In this document: positions 58,291 through 64,000 of the stretch, in pieces | How positions within the stretch are numbered: position 1 is the stretch's first letter | Layout of the letters: every line of letters begins with the position of its first letter | Source: the human T2T-CHM13v2.0 reference genome, Homo sapiens | Assembly (NCBI GenBank): GCA_009914755.4 | Contig: CP068257.2 | Location: 18,688,001 to 18,752,000 of the forward strand | Direction of reading: 5' to 3' | DNA length: 64,000 nucleotides | Translations under genes and position numbers: made by a program | Notes under the pieces: model-generated | Seen by the model: the letters and a program-made list of their open reading frames with translations, nothing else | What the model was told of the DNA's origin: nothing | Database searches by the model: none

Positions 58291-60194
58291 CTTAAGAACC
58301 TCCTTTACTATATCTTGCAAGGCAGAGCTTACTTGCAACAAATTTCCTTAATTTTTGCTTGTCTGAGAATATCTTTATTTTTCCTTCACTTTTGAAAGAT
58401 GCTTTTACAGGATACAAGATTGGTGATAATTTTTTCTCTGAATGCTTTAAAGATTTCATGCCATTCTCTGCTTCTGTGGTTTCTGAGGAGAAAATGAATG
58501 TAATTTTTATTTTTCCTCCACTATAGATGAAGTGCTGTTTCCCTTTGTCTGCTTTCAAAATTTTCTTCATCTTCTAAAGTTTGAATACGATATGCCTAAG
58601 TGTCGATTTCTTAGAACTTATTCTGCTTGGTGTTCTCAGAATTTCCTGGAACTGTGCTTTGGTGGCTGATGCTAATTTGAAAACATTCACAGTCATTACT
58701 GCTTCAAATATTGGCTTAGTTTCTTTCTCTCTTATCTTCCTCTGGTATTCTCAGTATGTATATATTACATAATCTGTAACAGTTGCTCCATAGTTCATGG
58801 ATATTCTGCTCTGCTTTTTATTTTTTTCTTTTTATTCAGTCTGTTTTTCCTTCTTGCTTTTCAGTTTTGGAAGTTTCTATTGTCATGTTCTCAAGATCTG
58901 AGATTCTTTCTTCAGCTGTGTCCAGTTTATTAATGGACACAACTGAAGAAAGCATTGTTCATTTCTATTATGGTGTTTATTTTCTCTAATATTTCTTCTT
59001 CATCCATTCTTAAAATTTTATCTTTCTGCTTAAATTACCTATCTGTCCTTGAATGTTGTCTACTTTTTCCATTGGCACCCTCATCATTATTTTAAATTCC
59101 TAGTGTGATAATTCCAACATCCCTGCCATATATGACTCCAATTCTTATACTTTTTCAGTCTCTTTAAACTGGTTTTTAAATGGTTGGTTTTTGCCTTTTA
59201 GTATGCCTTGTAATTCGTTGCTGAAATCTGGACATGATATACTGGGTGAATGAAACTCCAGCAAATAGGCCTTTAGTGGTGTGATGGTAAGGTTAGGAGT
59301 TAGAGAGGGCAAGAGTTATATAGTTCTATGGTTAGGTCTCAGTATTGGTGAGCCTGTGTTCCTAGACTACAAACTATATTAGTGACTCTCAGTGTTATTC
59401 CCCCTCTCCCTTAGGTGGGACTGGATGGCTAGAGAAGACTACGATTGGGTATTTCCCTTTATAGAAAGAAAGAGCTAAAACTAACTGGAGTTTGGTATTC
59501 CCCTTTTCCAGGTAGGGTAAACTCTGATAAAATCCCATCAGGTTAGGCTATAGTAAAATAGATTCTACTGAGGACAGCCATTGTTAAAAAGAACAGAATG
59601 CTCTGCCATATGTTAAAATTATTTCTTTTCCTGTTCCCCTACTAAAAGCATGAAGATATTATTTTTTCCTAATATTTATTGTGAGGAGCTGGAATAGCTA
59701 CTAAAAGTAAAACTCACAAAAGGATGGGGCCTCCCATGACCCTGTCCTGTGCTTTTTACTGTCAGACTTTTCCAACCTTAGCCTCCAGCAATCCATTCAT
59801 TACAGTTTAGGTTTTCTTACCTGGACTCCTGCAGAGATTTCTGCAGTTTTGAGGATAGTAGTTTGTCTTGTGATGTCAATTTCTCTGACAGTCTAAGAAG
59901 AAATTTTTATTTTTGAGTTTTGTTCATCTTTTTACTTGTTGTTAAGACAGAGTGGTTGACTTCTAAGGCGCTTATATGACAGATTGTTTGGCATGCTTTT
60001 TAAGGTAATAGGGAGTTGATCATTAGCATATGAAATAAATAGAATCAATTTTAAACAGATATTAATAATTTTATCTGAATATTTGCCCCAAAATTTATAT
60101 TATCAGATAAAACATATCACATATAATCAATAAGAACGTTATTATAAAAACTTTTAAAAATAAAAAGTTATCTAATTTATGCATTTTTCATTTA

Positions 60195-60335
60195 CATATT
60201 TTATATATATATACACATCCATATATACACATGTTATATATAATAAATATAATATATAAGTATATAAACAGTATATATTGTGTATATATACTATAAATGC
60301 TACAAAAAATATATATATAATTAGTTTTTGGTATT
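60195..60335. repeat. AT-rich low-complexity block ((TA)n/(TATACA)-type)
   Basis: atatatatatacacatccatatatacacatgttatatataataaatataatatataagtatataaacagtatatattgtgtatatatactataaatgctacaaaaaatatatatataattag. Confidence 0.8.
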
Positions 60336-60502
60336 GTATATGACATTAAATCTCATATTAAAATAAATAGAAAACAATATTTCTATTTTTATTTAAAAAT
60401 CTTATTTGCAGTTTGCCAAATTGCAATTTAACATTATAAAATATTAATGATGGCTAAAAGTTGGAGGAGTAATTATACCAAATATTTTGTTTTTTAATAT
60501 AT

Positions 60503-60530
60503 ATATAAATACACACACACACACACACAT
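60503..60530. repeat. (TA)n(CA)n microsatellite
   Basis: atatatatataaatacacacacacacacacacatgc. Confidence 0.9.
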
Positions 60531-61589
60531 GCATATACTGAGGGTTCAAATATTATTCAGAGTTAGCTTCAACAATGCAGATTTTCCTCTGAGAGTTTCA
60601 TATCTTAATCTGCAAAAAAGAAAAGAAAGTGTGGTTACATTATCATAAAGGATATAGCTTCTAGCTTCAGAGTGCTATACCTTGATAGGTATATGAATAA
60701 AACCTTGGGCATATTTCTTAATTATCAAAAATTCAATCTCTTCGATTGTAAAATGAGAATAAGTACCTACATCCTACATTTCTAGATGATGGGGGCGTGT
60801 ACAAATGTGCATAAAGCACTTAACAACAGTGCCTAGCGCACGACAAGCAGGCATTAAATGACAGCTATTACTAGATATTAACTGGACATGTGTTCTCATA
60901 AATTCATATGGCCTGCTTCCTATGTTGACACTGGTAGGGATAAGGGAAAGGAAAAGCAAAGTATACGGGTAATTAAACTGCCCCTAAAAACCAAGAAATT
61001 CTATGAAGCAAAAAATAATAGGTAAACATCTCCAAGTATCAATTTTTTATGTATTATTTTTCCTTGCTTTTTTTTCCACAGGGTTCTTTAAGTTTTTCAG
61101 TATTTGAGAAAAAAATGTATAAAAGATGTCTTTCTGAAGCAAAAAAAGTAGTCTATTAAAAAAAAGGCCCCATCCACTTTATTTTTTTTCTCCAGAAATG
61201 CTGGGATTGCTGGCATTCTTTTTAGTCTTCCTTTTTCTTCTATTTGTTGATGTAAACACGCTCTCCATATTTCCATGAGCCATGTCTCACATATTATAAA
61301 AGGGCATGCTAAATATAATTAAAAGTAGAGGCAGAAGCATTACCAGCAAAAGAGTGGGTAGCACTAAAGCACAATATTAATATCCACAGTGAAATGTCAT
61401 TGAGTCATCAAGGTTTGTGCCATATGGGTCTGTGGCTTAACTCATCCCCAAAGACTGAATTGATTTGCAATTACAGCATATTTTGGGGTTAAAGAAAAAA
61501 ATGTAAAAATGGTAGTTAATCATCAATTAGGATCGCATTTTACCGTGCTGAAAGTTATTTAATAAAAGATGATAAGAGCAGGAACCCGC

Positions 61590-62176
61590 ATCCAGGAACA
61601 GAGCCCTTTGCTCCTCCCTCAGAATGGAGACCAGAAATCAGATATTTATGCCCAAGAAAAGCAGGATTTCATTCGGCACTTCTCCCAGATCTTTAGAGTG
61701 CTGACTGAGGATGAGATGGGGCACCCACAGACAGGAGATGCTATTGCCCAGCTCAAGGAGGTCCTGGAGTACAACGCCAGTGGAGGCAAGTATCAGCAGG
61801 CTTTGAGAGTGCTAGTAGCATTCAGGAAGCTGATAGAGCCAAGGGAACAGGATGCTGATGGTCTCTAGCGGGCCCTGCTGTGGGATGGTGTGTGGAACTG
61901 CTGCAAACTTTCTTCCTGGTGGCAGGTGACATCACAGATTCATCTCTCACCCAATGGGGACAGATCTGCTGGTATCAGAAGCCAGGCGTAGGTTTGGATG
62001 CCATCAGTGATGCTATCCTTCTGGAAGCATATATCTACCGCCTGCTGAAGCGCTATTGCCGGGAGCAGCCCTGTTACCTGAACCTGATGAAGCTCTTCCT
62101 GCAGAGTTCCTATCAGACTGAGACTGGGCGGACCTCATTTCCTGCATCAGGACTTACTTTGGTCCTGGATGAATAA
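61590..62176 (+). pseudogene. FDPS: Retro-derived FDPS (farnesyl diphosphate synthase) fragment, 3'-truncated and disabled. It covers FDPS residues about 57 to 265 with no introns.
   Basis: ORF 61569-61868 translates ...QNGDQKSDIYAQEKQDFIRHFSQIFRVLTEDEMGHPQTGDAIAQLKEVLEYNASGGKYQQALRVLVAFRKLIEPREQDADGL*. Human FDPS reads ...RMNGDQNSDVYAQEKQDFVQHFSQIVRVLTEDEMGHPEIGDAITRLKEVLEYNAIGGKYNRGLTVVVAFRELVEPRKQDADSLQ. ORF 61880-62176 translates [81 protein letters not shown]... against FDPS [82 protein letters not shown]. The upstream ggaacagagccctttgctcctccctcagaatgg aligns to the FDPS 5' region (…EEPRALCSSLRMNG). Disabling changes are CAG>TAG (Gln>stop) at 61866-61868, a frameshift near 61880, and the first Asp-rich motif DDIMD becoming GDITD. 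Homology ends abruptly at about 62176 with no 3' end or poly(A). Confidence 0.85.
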
Positions 62177-64000
62177 TATTGAAGATATATGCTTAAAATA
62201 CTTCTAACATCAGAATTTGTGCACGTGTTTTCTTCCCCAAGAAAGCTATAAATAGCAAAAATTTTGCTGTAAGCTTCCCTATGTTCTCTCTCCTTCTCCC
62301 CTCCCCTAAAACTCAAAGGAATGTTAAAAGCACGTTTCTCTGTGAGCGTTGGACCTTATCTATGCTCCCAGTTCCAATTCCTTGTAATCATACTTTGTAA
62401 AGTCCTGTAAAATCCTGTCTCCTTTGCCATGACACTGCAAGGTCATAAAGTAGATGAAACCTAAGTTACAATTCTGGTTTTCCTTAAAATCTAAGATATG
62501 TCACAAAATAATTTACTGCCTTTGTTTCTCGCTCTGGTAACATCTTCCCTCTGCACCTATTTACCGCCTATTTAAAAGGTGATCGAAAAATCTAACACTG
62601 TCTACCCACTTGGGACCCCTTCCATGCTATGGAAGCTTTGTACTGTCACTCTGCTCAAAAAAGCCTACAGTTTTGTTTTGTTTTTTTTTCTCTCAGTCGT
62701 GTCCCTCTCACTTGCCGCAGGCTGCCGCCACACCAGTACTTTGGCGTTGCTAAGGCAAGAACCTTTGGCGTTACATAATGAGTATGGGTTTAGACAAAGC
62801 CATAGGTAGCAAATGATAATGAAGAGAGAAATGTGAGTTTAGCAGAAAATGACATGATTAAAAAGTCCATATTTGGTTTAACAAGATTGGTCCCTTCTGT
62901 GACCATGAATATTTTCACACCATTGTAATTTCTGCTTAATGCCAGAGAAATGCTACAGAAACTTAAAAAAAAAGGCAGTGGAGATTAAGGAAAGGATTGA
63001 GGGCAGGGGTGAGAGAATGTCTTCTTGGAGAAGTTTGTATTTTAGGCATACATTTAGAAATACGTAGGTTAAAAGGTAGGTTGGTGGGGCTTTGACAAGA
63101 GCTTCCCAGAATGAAATACATGGAAGGAAGTTTCTAGTTGTATGTTCAGGAAAGTAGACTTAATTTGATGCAAATAAAATGTGGGACATAGGGAAGAAAG
63201 TAATTTCCTTATAAATATTTTAAATAGTTTTGCATATATAGAAATGACACGGCTCATCAAAGCATTTAAAAATACTTATTAGATACTTTGAAGGGCAATT
63301 TCTTCACGTGTTTGGCAAGGCAAGATATTTTCCATTGTCATTAACTTTCATGTGATAGAAAAACTAATCTGGCCCCAATTTAGAGGTTTTTTTTTGTTTG
63401 TTAGCAATTATAAAGTCATTAAGAAAGTGTTCAGAATGTATTGAATAAGTGAATTTTAAGAAAGTATTTGAAACCAAAAAGAGTAGGCCTGCAGGGGGAA
63501 AAAAAAAAGGAGATTGCTACTTGCCACAGATAAAATGGAGAATACATCAATAAGTATGTTGTAGAATGCCATAAAAATTATGACATCTTCAGGGCAAGGC
63601 AATAGAAGAACATAACATTTTTTTTATAAAGAACATCAAGAAGGAATTTTACCCTTAAATTAATAGACAAGTGATTACCTGGTGAAAATGATATTTAAAG
63701 TGAAGAGAAAGTGACTTTTCCAGAAATGTCAAAAGCTCTGGAAAAATTAATAAATTGACTCTTATTTGAGAAGTCAGCGAATCTCTCAACAAGAGGTTTA
63801 AAATCAAGAGACCATTCAGAATGAAGCTGTGACTTAAATGGCAAATGTCTAAGAGAGAAAGAAGCGGGAAGTGATTACAGTAATTGACACAGCATTGTCC
63901 TTAAAGGCTATCTTGGCAGTTCTGGGAATGACTCAACATATAAAGGGTAAGTTATAAAATATTACGCAGCTCTTGTGTTGAGAATGGTATTCCAGCATTA

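Noticed and set aside
61569-62176. Two adjacent plus-strand ORFs (99 and 98 aa) with strong similarity to farnesyl diphosphate synthase, as a possible functional CDS
   Set aside because: They are separated by a stop and a frameshift, with mutated catalytic aspartates and no 3' half. I call it a pseudogene, not a CDS.

Overview
This window is not prokaryotic. It reads as human (catarrhine primate) nuclear DNA from an AT-rich, gene-poor, L1-rich region. CpG is strongly depleted except inside one young Alu. I count at least 15 Alu SINEs (several with recognisable target-site duplications), many L1 fragments, MaLR LTRs, Tigger/MER DNA-transposon remnants, many microsatellites, and one retro-derived fragment of FDPS (farnesyl diphosphate synthase). 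I see no intact protein-coding gene, rRNA, tRNA, CRISPR array or operon-like structure. The six-frame ORF track is almost all artefact: Alu sequence translated in either frame, microsatellite translations such as THTHTH, and decayed L1 or Tigger ORFs. The only ORFs with genuine protein homology are 61569-61868 and 61880-62176. Together they are a disabled FDPS retrocopy. The most interesting structures I can support are listed here. (1) Two separate L1 insertions that each carry the twin-priming inversion signature. (2) A near-full-length ancient minus-strand L1 at about 50.7-59.5 kb with four nested later insertions. (3) A Tigger2 element inserted into a MER44-like MITE and itself hit by two Alus. 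(4) A CpG-rich AluY with a 13-bp target-site duplication. (5) A tandem duplication carrying AT-rich palindromes. (6) The 3'-truncated FDPS processed-pseudogene fragment. All repeat-family assignments come from my memory of consensus sequences, not from a database search, and should be confirmed with RepeatMasker/Dfam.
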